A DNA stretch of 63,780 nucleotides, filler included, from an uncultured Methanosarcinales archaeon (GTDB lineage: Archaea; Nanobdellota; Nanobdellia; Woesearchaeales; CAZKBD01), in NCBI GenBank assembly GCA_964550945.1. It is 3 parts of 3 records of this genome, joined end to end, with 100 filler letters (N's around TTAATTAATTAA, not from the genome) between each part and the next. Parts side by side here need not be neighbours in the genome. Positions count along the whole stretch, not along the records: positions 1 to 28,967 come from CAZKBD010000011.1; positions 29,068 to 57,814 come from CAZKBD010000013.1; 1 more part is not named here. The stretch is one strand, 5' to 3'. Numbering within the stretch: position 1 is the first letter of the stretch; each line of letters opens with the position of its first letter. The notes below the pieces were generated by a model. That model made no database searches. It saw only the letters and a list, made by a program, of their open reading frames with translations, and had not been told where the DNA came from. Made by a program: the position numbers and the translations under genes. Below, piece after piece: positions 24,801 through 31,727 of this stretch.

Positions 24801-25763
24801 GAATTAAACAAATCAGCGCGCATAGAATTGTATAACATTTCATTTAGTCACCCTCAAATATTAAGAGATAGCGCCATCTGCCCACCCTCAATTTGCACAA
24901 TCATAAACTACACTAATGGCACTTTAATCTTTGATGTGGCTCATTTCACAACCTATGAGGTTAGTGAGTCAGCCTATTGCGGAGATGGCATTTGCAATGG
25001 AGATGAGGCAAATGCAGATTGTCCGGCTGATTGCCCATCTTCAGGCAGCCCAGGTGGCAGTGGAGGTGGCGGAGGAGGCATCTCAGGAGGAGATGTCATT
25101 GGCGAGCAAAGATGCACTGAAAACTGGGACTGCTCAAGCTGGTCAGAATGCACGCCTCAGCAGCTGAGCTACAGGGTATGCACTGATTTAAATGATTGCG
25201 GCACAACTTTGTTCAAGCCATTCGAATCCAAATGGTGCTATTTCCCTGCTGCAGAAAATGTTACTGTACAAGAAAACATCACTGAAGAACAGCCATTATT
25301 AAGCCCAGAGCCAGAGCCTTTGTTGAGCATAAGCGCCAGAAAGATATCAGATGACTACATGCTTGTTTCTTTTGACATAACAAACCTAGACCCAACTATC
25401 GACCTCAACACAGCAGCGATAGAACTCAATATAAACAAAGGCAGAAGGACTTATTATGTTGACTATTTAGATAAGCTTAAGATAAGGGCAGGCGCCAATT
25501 TAGTGATTGAAAAAGAATATCCTACAAGATACTTAAGCAATGATATTTACGAAATTAAAGCAACATTATTCGGCAAGGGCTTTAAGAAAGCAGTTACAAC
25601 AACAAATATAGATTTGAATAAAGATGAACCCGGTAATAGGATTACCGGAGATGTTGTTGGAGACACTAACCCGCAACCAAGCCCTTTCAAATTCATCAAT
25701 CTAGCCCTGATAATTTTAATATTAATTGTAGCTTTTAAACTAAGGAGTATAAAAAAGAGGTGA
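12813..25763 (+). CDS. Giant membrane-anchored multi-domain protein 2: FN3-like, GH9 with ~410-aa TSP3 insert, FN3, Ig-like, CBM-like, beta-helices, many Cys-rich metal-binding repeats, TSP3, HFT domain, Gly linker, C-terminal TM; spans the N gap at 19859-19958
   Basis: Signal peptide ending PVAVA; QVNQLGY, DAGD (14595), IPESGNGIPDLLDE, DYVLGGNP, TNNE; repeated GDACD and DCND...ELCNGIDDNC motifs; C-terminal INLALIILILIVAFKLRSIKKR. Confidence 0.85.
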   Translation: MAIQYKKLMKMKLIDVSKLLVFAWLILSLFLAPVAVAGQYNNLEFIKTENVAYDVVLPGNFAKLEPITHSDGFTKNSRISLYAGPGLAFPVDVINISSSTISLSWNPVSGAASYNIYITPEPETLGNYTWMKLMGNNSGNTNTTFIIKDVAAAVDTFIRVEAINASGVFAAGDAYARTIGGQLAQIEFEYGNRNKLDTPLKEIHLASPNIIHLILFNPEVHSYSGINNWIDDGVNEVINYTGWDWHAGNWSVTRKNGDHINVTKVFRRSVPAGQFDPDYASYLEFDHHIYLVLDEQVGNSEILQISHSGGANNPDSFELDHPCMSNTKTLFGKNEVSTDLNLTLLFSDKYLVSSSIQVNQLGYNPITTKRYAYVSDWMGLDLNGNASGVPLDNYPAFAFVFNSSSSILSTKQPMINNIPLKIRYQWDLGNKSGIWNGSCFIGNFTGPVWNGSELVNETVEKYYNCTVNSYSPWVMPAVDYDVDVGGQVREINLSGLPESDTDTYQVYVPGVGVSYPTRVSELGIQKAWYVFERGMYQNRWGRDLQPQWTDWTRAGTDHPYVYTSERRDAGYVGRVYFPSYTPQVGKRELQGGHHDAGDLDLQVGHYANGLRLLTAYELNPDAYRDGQLTIPESGNGIPDLLDEGLYSIHLWEQLQENNDNVGNACDVCPDDPENDVDGDGICKLGSFSSPMIGTNDNCPWHYNPSQTDTNGDGIGDACDTKNIFDSDNDSILDNVDKCITISNANQSDSDKDGIGDACDLCPDDAENDVDGDGFCKGSRFIAPMIGKNDTCSNKYNPYQSDCDNDTIGDACDDNNNLAICTRAINVDNKGYLDTDSDTIYDHLDNCIIVSNPSQLDSDNDTIGDACDLPNIPPTLNSDSDFILNDGDNSGNTTDNRCTGGNKINCDDNCPTKYNPDQADIDHDRIGDACDNYNAFDYDGDDATYYYYSYAHYFDNCIEMPNQGQEDYDSDEVGDACDPCFSDPSNDVDGDRVCVGDGFKSPMIRDFDNCPMIYNLDQNDCDNDFVGDACDQDSYCAQKNDTDNDGISDYADNCVDVYNPIQEDYSPYESFGVRQGVQTSGHLMSLDARYSDEDTTPYWTYSRNPAHTARVAGLFAKASYLLKNIDQTALCGTPTCKSDELKERAINAFNYSYSNGVVGTYNGEVEDGDSLYFFAAGELYRLTNDSYYRNIFEAHWNTSESYNQGPTFDPYFTFAYALASDNQTILNQIFNRYDTLDNSVFGAANKKYTDGQVIRMELNHAHRNPRGAGQRGGWGAESIVGQYLDKSYIRLYLDSIRPLTAAKKQQIIDTISMTADYVLGGNPSNFVYTTGLGQNYPQDALWWDSESFYEDGYGNIPGYAVFGNAGVPCWDGGYDIVNQITFPYQSRMPNQNRYFDAGSVVTNNEGAPGLNSEFLLDISQLMPANFYTPTSWLPGQEDNKKSLVTLTDIDTTPPSAPTGFSAVKTESKVSLSWNPSTDAESELLWYQVYRGGKLIGHTNAYSGDTSYVDEGLKSNTTYEYKVVSANIGFLLSDPASMSVTTDIDQTGPVITELVSSINPNIIKIIFNEPLDNISAENINSYSVNNGLIISGAYLLDDNITVILTTSEQKPDVLYNLNTTGVLDKSGNPSLDIISYEFLWDPNYNLKRRIWNGEGVNEDHVSVGYGSIINVSAMPNDVFQGNYSFKGTPTNYYDPLINFFTIERIRTEIYRKDITDYDTLIFWAKSDQSGRSFTLRLGSYDSATNNIDILPFIEGGTLDAAYRKVVIPFINLTNDNHIFKSGLETFYLGKLGNPDYSIFIDDIWVVDQNLVDTVNPSFKSIWNITVAYIYNISEDYEAVDLSGIDTYWVNDSRFNISNTGLFKFSVGNPGVGVYFVNVSANDTVGYSVSEAVIVNITDDVIPPQFTNIYNFSVPDNETFYHDFDATDNINSECNGLTYTVSDSNFAINCSGVIRRGTNPLSVRDYILNVTVTDVSRNFVYQTINVSVLNSTGPDVTAPVFTNLNDLTISYGNILGYNIDSFDDRGTECNGISYSINDSRFFINCTGLLMFDWNALVKGAYSVNIAAFDSANNSVSKIIAVNIVQDNIPPSFIGLRNRAINYGANLYYEFDTQDDVGVDNAWINDTVRFKLSRTNGSKFLLENNTVLNLGYYWLNVSVNDTSGNQFSSQIEVWVTENIVITGCTSIDSSGDYVLINDITNYHGSCIKINASNVTFNCGGYAIDGDDSSNSVGLLIEGINSSSKLKNVYVSNCFISDFDKGLKMNNVDNSSVTDIEVNSNIDGFVLYTAKYNLFNNVNSINNTDDGFEMSAWSANAEYNNFTKGVIKDNKDCGINVNQDGYYNRFSNFSIIGXXXXXXXXXXXXXXXXXXXXXXXXXXXXXXXXXXIEKNISLDCLGNTIDGTDVYTDYGIRIISGLVNVSVSNCIVNDFGKGGIYSEASNSSFSNVFISSGSYAGGNTGNAFTVTGSYNVLSGINVSETVGHGIVIGGDFNNLSGGFVAGSYNGSYSGIYINANANNNTITGFKVYNNSNSGVYFDSVNSNNNFFYNNFFNNSLNVNNSVNANNYFSTTNQSGTNIIGGNLIGGNFWANPSGTGYSQTCADVNSTGFCDAPLNVSSSLACPGCSGYNIDMLPLTLGVVADTTPPASVTNLQSSAITNSSINWTWTNPLDADFNKTILYLNSINIVNLSTPIVSYTATSLTNNTLYNLTIHTADNSGNINTTNIQNLSWTLQNGVVCVDNDADGYNITGGSCGLVDCNDTNSNINPGAVEVCDDNQDNNCNSQADCNDTACTGQPSCFAFPVYPNVTAGTEINITIEGDNCTGREVNLNYLEIDFFTNNDSISGYGLPATATFTLNKTKTPWVAQWFNDTDGENNINPELQFIADCNGSQISSNIIEITPSEVACIDSDSDGYNVTSPVCQTGDDCDDSDPIEHPGQVWYRDADSDLYSNGSTLTQCLRPALYNISTELTATSGDCDDTNANVNPIRTEICNNIDDNCAGGIDEGVLSTFYRDFDSDTFGNLTNTIQNCTAPAGYVANNTDCNDYITTIYPEAPELCNGISDDCDAAVDEIFTNESCSFVCIASSFNWSNNGGNLNCCGNNPGEDNPYQTTEIICSDTRDNDCNGLTDLNDPSCISCVDDDNDGYNATSPVCPSGNDCNDNNNLTYPGAIEICDNDDNNCDGTIDNITQSCGSGACAGNQLCTLGAWSNCSTYGLDTGICAVCNANGSEIYDSSQNTDCIATACPSDGCGLGSCNANIFADYPISVPNQCSAIYTCTSNICAAACEPDNDYDNYSPSCGDCNDNTNITYPGALEICDTLDNDCNSGTADGSSELWLGQSCDGPDSDLCNEGTFICNTGSQSCSDSTSNNIELCNSIDDDCNPLTTDGINEPWYSQPTSCGVGACQGAVGQLTCTAGSQYNTCNPYLNATNESCGDNSGYDGIDNNCDGTIDLNCESYCDQDNDTYSPHMICALAGYGINDCYDNDANINPGMPDLCNSINDDCDSSPDGIDEPWYNNPTTCGVGVCANTGNWLCIAGNAADTCAAGTPTGNDDNCNGLDENCNSIADENYIPTQTTCGIGECIRTGQLVCISSDEINNCVPGAPQPEICDELDNNCNSQADEGVTTTYYQDIDNDAYGNSTVTIEACSLPFGYAGQNSDCNDLNSYINPAAAELCNGIDDNCNITVDEGFTNEACSYVCESNAFIWTNNNGSLSCCGDNILEDSPYQLTETNCTDGNDNDCNGLADYNDPVCYECVDADTDTFFAISPIACPTGNDCNDNNATINPNAAEICDGLDNNCNAQTDETFANTDGDELADCVDPDDDNDSVNDATDNCLLVPNANQTDSDDDNLGDACDIYPFDHDNDGFNITIDCDDYDISINTTYSRACGQNIGTCTVGNQSCADGVWAECTGRSPENETCNSLDDNCDGRIDCIENCTSPINLMTQRYINFNYTNPFMLYIPDYGKITFTENITFACGADIDYLTNINKAKISIDSGVIPELNKSARIELYNISFSHPQILRDSAICPPSICTIINYTNGTLIFDVAHFTTYEVSESAYCGDGICNGDEANADCPADCPSSGSPGGSGGGGGGISGGDVIGEQRCTENWDCSSWSECTPQQLSYRVCTDLNDCGTTLFKPFESKWCYFPAAENVTVQENITEEQPLLSPEPEPLLSISARKISDDYMLVSFDITNLDPTIDLNTAAIELNINKGRRTYYVDYLDKLKIRAGANLVIEKEYPTRYLSNDIYEIKATLFGKGFKKAVTTTNIDLNKDEPGNRITGDVVGDTNPQPSPFKFINLALIILILIVAFKLRSIKKR
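19859..19958. other. Assembly gap (100 N, true length unknown)
   Basis: N run; the flanks belong to two different beta-helix domains, so the real gap is probably longer than 100 bp. Confidence 0.99.
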
Positions 25764-25767
25764 AAAG

Positions 25768-26058
25768 ATGGTATATATTTTTGGTATAGACATCCCCCTG
25801 ATGGAACTTTTGTTGGTGTATTCGTTTTTGGCTTCGTATTTCCTCATCTTAGTGTTCCTCCAGATGAGAAAACTCTCTAGGCTGATGAAACTAGAGAAAG
25901 GGGATATAGAGCTGATGGAAAAGCAAAGCAGCGATCCTGTTGACAAGTTTATCAATGAAGCAAGAAAAAGAGGATATTCAAAAAAAGAAGTTAAGAAATT
26001 GCTCATTGATAATGGATGGGAGAAGGAAGAGGCTGATAGGGTGCTGGTTAGATACTAA
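25768..26058 (+). CDS. Small membrane protein, last gene of the giant-protein operon
   Basis: GAGGTGA SD, starts 4 nt after the upstream stop, N-terminal TM, C-terminal RGYSKKEVKKLLIDNGW helical motif. Confidence 0.75.
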   Translation: MVYIFGIDIPLMELLLVYSFLASYFLILVFLQMRKLSRLMKLEKGDIELMEKQSSDPVDKFINEARKRGYSKKEVKKLLIDNGWEKEEADRVLVRY

Positions 26059-26110
26059 TCTTGAATTTCAACCCCTAGTAAATGATGTTAATTTTTGTAT
26101 AAATCTTTAT

Positions 26111-26224
26111 TATAGCAAATCACTTTAATAATCGTAACTAAGTTACCTTGTAAAAGTGATTTGCTTATTAGGAAATAACCTTACAATAATTCAAAATATA
26201 CGAAAATTAAGGTTATTTCCTATA
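26111..26224. repeat. Twin inverted-repeat (double hairpin) element
   Basis: 13-bp IR AGCAAATCACTTT 26114-26126/26153-26165 and 15-bp IR TAGGAAATAACCTTA 26169-26183/26208-26222. Confidence 0.85.
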
Positions 26225-26483
26225 AATTCATTTGTTATGCATAAATAAGATGGCCAAAAAATGATCTTAAGAATGTAGTTACTAGTGAAAAGATAACCTC
26301 AGCCGCAAAAATACTTGGTGTTGAGAGAAGAATTATTGAGCAAGTAATTGACTTAATAATATCATGATATCACTCAAAGAGTTAGTAATCCAGAAAGAGG
26401 TTGATAAGGCGTTTAGTAAAAAACCTAAATATACGAAATAAGATACGTAAAATTTATAAATAATACGAAATATACAACTTAAA

Positions 26484-27791
26484 ATGAAGGCAGAATCAAT
26501 AATCAAGGCGTTAATCGCTTGGAATTTCTGGGAAAAAAAGCCAGATATAGGGATTAATAGGGAGAATTATCTAGGCGAAGCTCTAAAATATTTAAGAATG
26601 AATAAAATTGTTACTATAACTGGCATTAGAAGAGCAGGGAAAAGTTTTATTGCCAAGCAAATAGTTGATAATTTTGTTAAAGAAAAAAAGAACTCATTAA
26701 TTGTCAATTTTGAGGAAGCTAGGTTTGATGAGCAATTAAACAAAGATTTTCTGATAAAAATATATGATGCTTACCTCTCAATGCTAAAGCCAGATAAAAA
26801 ACCATTGATCATCCTTGATGAAATCCAGGAAGTAACGGATTGGGAGAAGTTTGTTAGGAGCGTGAACGAAAAAGGCGAGGCATACTTAGTGGTAACCGGC
26901 TCCAGCGCAAAAATAATGAGTGAAGAGCTGGCTACTTTGCTTACTGGCAGAACATTAACCTTAGAAGTTTTTCCTTTAAGCTTTAAAGAATTTCTGCAGT
27001 TCAATGGATTAATCTTCAAGAGCAAATTTGAAGAGATCAAGAAAGAAGCAGAGATAAAAGGCTTGTTAAAGGCATACGCCTCTTTCGGGGGCTTTCCCGA
27101 AGTTGCCTTAGAAAAAGAGGCAGAATTAAAAATCAAGGTGCTGAGGAGCTATCATAGCGATATTCTAAACAAGGACATAATAAAAAGATTCAAGGTCAGA
27201 AGAATTGACAAATTAGAAAGAATAGCTTTTTATTACACAACAAATTTTTCCTCACTGATAACCTTTAACAGGCTTGGGAAATTTCTTAAGTTAGAAGAAA
27301 AGACTGTTGAGATATATTCCAAATATATAGAAAGCAGCAAATTAATACACTTTTTGTACAGGTTTAGCTCTTCTGTAAAAGAGCAGGAAAACAGCCCGCG
27401 AAAGGTTTATTTGTCCGATATAGGGTTTTCTCATTTAAGCAATATCCTGCTTTCAGACAAAATTTCCAAGATTTACGAGAATATTGTGGCAATCCAGCTT
27501 AGAAGGTTATCCGAAAGCATCTTTTATTGGAAAGACTTAAATGGCAAGGAAGTTGACTTTGTAATCAAAGATGGTCCAAAGATTAAGCAATTAATCCAGG
27601 TTTGTTATGATGCTGCTGCCGATGACACAAAAAAGAGAGAGATAAGCGCCCTATTAAAATGCAGCAAGGAGCTTAAGTGTAATGATCTGTTGATCATAAC
27701 TGATGATTACGAATCAGAAGAAACCCTGGAATGGGCAGGTATAAAGAGGAAAGTTAATTTCATTCCGCTATGGAAATGGCTGTTGGTATAG
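26484..27791 (+). CDS. AAA+ ATP-binding protein (AAA_14 + DUF4143-like C-terminal domain)
   Basis: Walker A GIRRAGKS, Walker B ILDEIQ, VTGSS, GGFPE, KVYLSDIG, KEVDFV. Confidence 0.92.
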   Translation: MKAESIIKALIAWNFWEKKPDIGINRENYLGEALKYLRMNKIVTITGIRRAGKSFIAKQIVDNFVKEKKNSLIVNFEEARFDEQLNKDFLIKIYDAYLSMLKPDKKPLIILDEIQEVTDWEKFVRSVNEKGEAYLVVTGSSAKIMSEELATLLTGRTLTLEVFPLSFKEFLQFNGLIFKSKFEEIKKEAEIKGLLKAYASFGGFPEVALEKEAELKIKVLRSYHSDILNKDIIKRFKVRRIDKLERIAFYYTTNFSSLITFNRLGKFLKLEEKTVEIYSKYIESSKLIHFLYRFSSSVKEQENSPRKVYLSDIGFSHLSNILLSDKISKIYENIVAIQLRRLSESIFYWKDLNGKEVDFVIKDGPKIKQLIQVCYDAAADDTKKREISALLKCSKELKCNDLLIITDDYESEETLEWAGIKRKVNFIPLWKWLLV

Positions 27792-27929
27792 GCATCGAAC
27801 AAAAGAGAACTTACAAAGTATGTGTAAAGGCGATTTTCAGTTAGTAATTAAACAAAATAATATTATCATCAATAAAAAAACAAATAGCAACTTTAAAATA
27901 ATAATGACAAAAGATTATTAAAGCTAAAA

Positions 27930-28967
27930 ATGCCATTCACAAGCACAACAGGATTATTTGCACTCTTGGCATTAGTCCCATTTATCATCCTTTATCTGAT
28001 CAGGCCAAAAACCATTGAAAAAGTGATCCCCTCATTGATGTTCTTGATGAGAGAAAAGAAAGAGGCAAAGCAGCTGGCTTTTTTAAAAAAGCTATTGCAG
28101 AACCTTTTATTCATTATCCAGATCATTGCTTTGATTGCATTGGCATTATCAGTTTCAGCCCCTTATTTCGATTTGTCTTATAATGTTGCTTCGTCAAATA
28201 CAGTTATAATATTAGATGCAAGCGCTTCAATGCAGGCAAAATATGAAAGCACAACAAGATTTGGCAAAGCCATCGAAATAGCCAAAAATAATTTAGATGG
28301 AAAGATCAGCATAGTCCTGGCAGAGAATTCCCCTATAGTTATCTTAAAGCAGGGCAGCAGGCAGGAAGCCTCCACAATATTATCCAATCTAAACCCCAAA
28401 GCAACCAGAACAAATATTGGAGATGCTATAATGGTCGCTTCTGATCTATTGGAAGGCAGGAAAGGCCGCATTGTTGTTATTAGCGATTTTATCCAGACAG
28501 AAGGCCAGGACATTCTTGTAGCAAAACGAACATTGGTCTCAAAAAGCAATATTGTTGACTTTGTTGATGTTGCAAGCCAAGGAAAAAATGTAGGCATAGT
28601 GGATTTAATGATAGAGAAGTACCAAACAAAGGTCTATATAAAAAATTACAATGATGATGAAGTAAATGTTAAAGTGAAGCTAAAGAAGGAAGAGATATTA
28701 GATGAAAAAACAATTAAAATACTTCCTAATTCTATTGAGAGCCTTGTTTTTGAAACTCCTCTTGGCATAAGCACAATAGAGCTTGATGTTAATGATGATT
28801 TTGAGCTGGATAATAAGGCTTTTATCAGCTCCCCTCTGAAGAAAAAAATTACTGCCTTGTTGATAACCAATGACAAAGAAAGCAATTTTATAAAATCAGC
28901 GCTTGACGCTTCTAAGGAAATTGACGTAGAGATTGCAGAGCCTCCTGTTGTTCCAAGATTAGCCCAA
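27930..28967 (+). CDS. BatA N-terminal + von Willebrand factor A domain protein, truncated by contig end
   Basis: PFIILYLIRP..IPSLMFL BatA motif; MIDAS DASASM, T, VISD. Confidence 0.85.
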
Positions 28968-29067
28968 NNNNNNNNNNNNNNNNNNNNNNNNNNNNNNNNN
29001 NNNNNNNNNNNTTAATTAATTAANNNNNNNNNNNNNNNNNNNNNNNNNNNNNNNNNNNNNNNNNNNN
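28968..29067. other. Artificial contig linker (N44-TTAATTAATTAA-N44)
   Basis: Six-frame stop spacer; adjacency across it is not biological evidence. Confidence 0.97.
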
Positions 29068-29161
29068 AACAACAACTGCTTAAACGCAGTAGTTTCTTTC
29101 TTTTTTTTATTTTATTTTTCAATAACATTTTTATACTAGTTATGATTCTATCGTTTATACA

Positions 29162-29761
29162 ATGAAATACGCTATTGCAATAATCTTGATTTTTATGTTA
29201 ATTGGTTGCGCTCAAAAAGAAAGTGAAAAACCAACCATTCAAGATACAACTGATACAATAACTGCTCCTAAACAGCCTGATTCTACAGAAACAGTTGAAA
29301 CTCAACCACCGCTGCAGCTGCCGCCGGAAAAATGTGACTCAACAATAAGCCAGGATGATATAACTCATATTGATTTAAGCGCATTCAAAGAAGGATTAAA
29401 TATTACAAAAGAGGGTTTTAGCTTTAGGATTATACTCTTGGATATGGATAATAATACAGTTCCTGCAAATGGAAATATCGGCTTAACAATATTCTCAACA
29501 AAATGGTGGAATGATGAACTAGTGAATGATTTAGAGATATACCAAAAGAGCATACTCTTAAAAAAAGAAGAAGTAAACTCTGATTGCTCTTCAAAAGAGA
29601 TTTTTGTCAAATTTGATGATATTAAAAAACAACCAAACTACAGGTATGTTAAAGAGGAAGATCCGGGCGTATTAAGGATAGAATTCAAAAGGTCCTACAG
29701 CAACGATTTGTATGAAATAGAATATACTCCTTACGAGTTTGGTGAAGATATCCTTCCTTAA
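29162..29761 (+). CDS. Putative lipoprotein
   Basis: Lipobox LIG|C after hydrophobic stretch; Thr/Pro-rich linker. Confidence 0.7.
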   Translation: MKYAIAIILIFMLIGCAQKESEKPTIQDTTDTITAPKQPDSTETVETQPPLQLPPEKCDSTISQDDITHIDLSAFKEGLNITKEGFSFRIILLDMDNNTVPANGNIGLTIFSTKWWNDELVNDLEIYQKSILLKKEEVNSDCSSKEIFVKFDDIKKQPNYRYVKEEDPGVLRIEFKRSYSNDLYEIEYTPYEFGEDILP

Positions 29762-30972
29762 ATCAACTTACCAATAAATATATTATGCTTTGTTCTTGTT
29801 ATTTTGACCTTAATATCCCCTTCTTTGTAGCAATTTGGGACTGCAATTACCCTTTCTTTGGCAACAGCCAGATTCTCACCTTTTAAGCGGCCTTGGCATA
29901 CAACCATGGCTTTAACAATCTCACCTTTTTGAAAGGGTTTTGGCAGCTGTTTTGTCTTGATTATGTTATATTTTGAGCAGTCTACTACAAGCTGAATTTT
30001 ATATTTATTCTCCAACCCTCTTAATTTTTCGTAAAATCTTTCAAAAGGCATCTCTTTAGAAGGATTCCTGCCAAACCTATAATTTAGAAAGTTTTGGATA
30101 CCTAATGATACCTCATGTTTATTATTTTGCAAAGATTTTGCAAATTCAACCAGCTTGGGTATCTCATCATCATTCAAACCAGGAACCCAAACAGGCGTTA
30201 TAATAAGATCAGCCTTTTTTGAGATGTATCCTGCAATCTCAACAATCCTCTTTGCATTATACTTGCAATTAGCAATCTTCTGTGCTAATTCTAAATCAAG
30301 GGCGTTTATAGACAGATTAAACCTTGTTAAGCCTGCTTCTATTAGCTCATCAACCAGCTTTTCTGTCAAAAGCAGCCCATTTGTATCGATAGATACTGTT
30401 TTGATGTGCTTTATAGCTGTTACATCCTTAACAAGCTCTACAATATCAGCATACAACAATGGCTCTCCTTGAGCATTTATATGGGCTTCAATATCATTAA
30501 TTGCCTTAAATTCGACCAGTTTTTTAAGCTCTTTAACCAAATAGCCTTCTTCAACAACAAAATCAACCTCTCTTCTGGATGATTTGCCTTCATCAACAGA
30601 GCAGTAAATACAATCCGAATTGCAGCCAGTTGTTGGCTTTATCTCAATTATGTTTGTGCCCCTATCAACCAATCCAAAATAATTGCTTCCAATCAAAGGA
30701 ATGCCAGAATTTTGATGGACATAAACCGCTTTTTTATTATTAAGGCAGCTTTTTAGCCCCTTAAACCCCTCTTCCAATATAATATTGAACTTATTTCTGG
30801 CTTTTTTCTCGGGTATATCTTCAAATGTTATTGAATTCTTATTAATTTTAAAGCTAGAGATCTCCCCTAAAACCTGCTTTTTTACCTCAAAATAAAAAAT
30901 CCTTAAAAAGATGAATCTGATGTTATCTCCTTTTTCCTGAAACTGAAAATCCTTGAAATCAAGCGTCACCAT
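29758..30972 (-). CDS. Radical SAM protein with C-terminal TRAM-like domain
   Basis: CNSDCIYC cluster motif, QGEPLLY, DTNG, terminal ITRTKHNIFIG. Confidence 0.9.
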   Translation of the reverse strand: MVTLDFKDFQFQEKGDNIRFIFLRIFYFEVKKQVLGEISSFKINKNSITFEDIPEKKARNKFNIILEEGFKGLKSCLNNKKAVYVHQNSGIPLIGSNYFGLVDRGTNIIEIKPTTGCNSDCIYCSVDEGKSSRREVDFVVEEGYLVKELKKLVEFKAINDIEAHINAQGEPLLYADIVELVKDVTAIKHIKTVSIDTNGLLLTEKLVDELIEAGLTRFNLSINALDLELAQKIANCKYNAKRIVEIAGYISKKADLIITPVWVPGLNDDEIPKLVEFAKSLQNNKHEVSLGIQNFLNYRFGRNPSKEMPFERFYEKLRGLENKYKIQLVVDCSKYNIIKTKQLPKPFQKGEIVKAMVVCQGRLKGENLAVAKERVIAVPNCYKEGDIKVKITRTKHNIFIGKLI

Positions 30973-31076
30973 ACTATCCTGCTATTAGGGTGTCTAATAT
31001 AAATATTGCCATTATTTTAAGGGATTACATAAAAGTTTAAATAGGAATGCGCTATATTTTCATTTGGGGAGGTTTA

Positions 31077-31727
31077 ATGGCAGAAAATAAAGAGATTGTT
31101 ATCTCTTACGCAACTTTATTTGAGTTATTGAGGAGAGAAAAAGACAGGGAAGAGCTTCAGAAATTACATGAAACATTCTTTGATGACGTACGGGAATACA
31201 TACATGAAAAGCAAAGGGTTATCAGCGGGGCTACGCTGACTGATTTTGACGAAAAGAATCGAGTTGAGAAAGAGATATACAACGTAAGGAAAATATTGAA
31301 AGAATTATATGAAAAAAGAGAAAAAAAAATAGTAAATATGGCTTTGGATAAAAGCAAAATTAAAACAAATATTATTGATAGCTCTTCAATGCTGAAAGAA
31401 GAGAAAGAGCTTTTTGATTCTTTGGTTACTGTGCTTGACGAAAATCGGCAATATGTTGCATTGAGATTGTTCAGCTCATCAGCAACAACTACAGAGCCAA
31501 AACCAGCAATTCCTCCAGTTCAAGCTCATCAAAAAGAGGCAGCTATTGACAAAAAGATTGACAAAAATGAAACAAAATTAGTGCGATTTTTACATGCCGT
31601 TCCAAAATTTGTTGGCACAGAGCTTGAAGAATATGGTCCTTTTGAAGAAGAGGATGTTGCTAACCTGCCAGAAGAGATTGCCCAGCTTCTGATTGACAAA
31701 GCAAGGGCAGAAGAGATCAACCAATAG
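31077..31727 (+). CDS. DNA replication complex GINS subunit (Gins15/Gins51 type)
   Basis: LRREK..LQKL, REKKI A domain; VPKFVG..YGPF..DVANLP B domain; GGAGG SD before ATG 31077. Confidence 0.88.
   Translation: MAENKEIVISYATLFELLRREKDREELQKLHETFFDDVREYIHEKQRVISGATLTDFDEKNRVEKEIYNVRKILKELYEKREKKIVNMALDKSKIKTNIIDSSSMLKEEKELFDSLVTVLDENRQYVALRLFSSSATTTEPKPAIPPVQAHQKEAAIDKKIDKNETKLVRFLHAVPKFVGTELEEYGPFEEEDVANLPEEIAQLLIDKARAEEINQ

Noticed and set aside
26250..26441. Possible doubly frameshifted small pseudogene (MAK-NDLKNVVTSEKITSAAKILGVERR...)
   Set aside because: Needs two frameshifts and I recognise no family
28968..29067. TTAATTAATTAA palindrome within N runs (also at 57859-57870)
   Set aside because: Artificial six-frame-stop contig linker, not biology; it also voids adjacency arguments across these points
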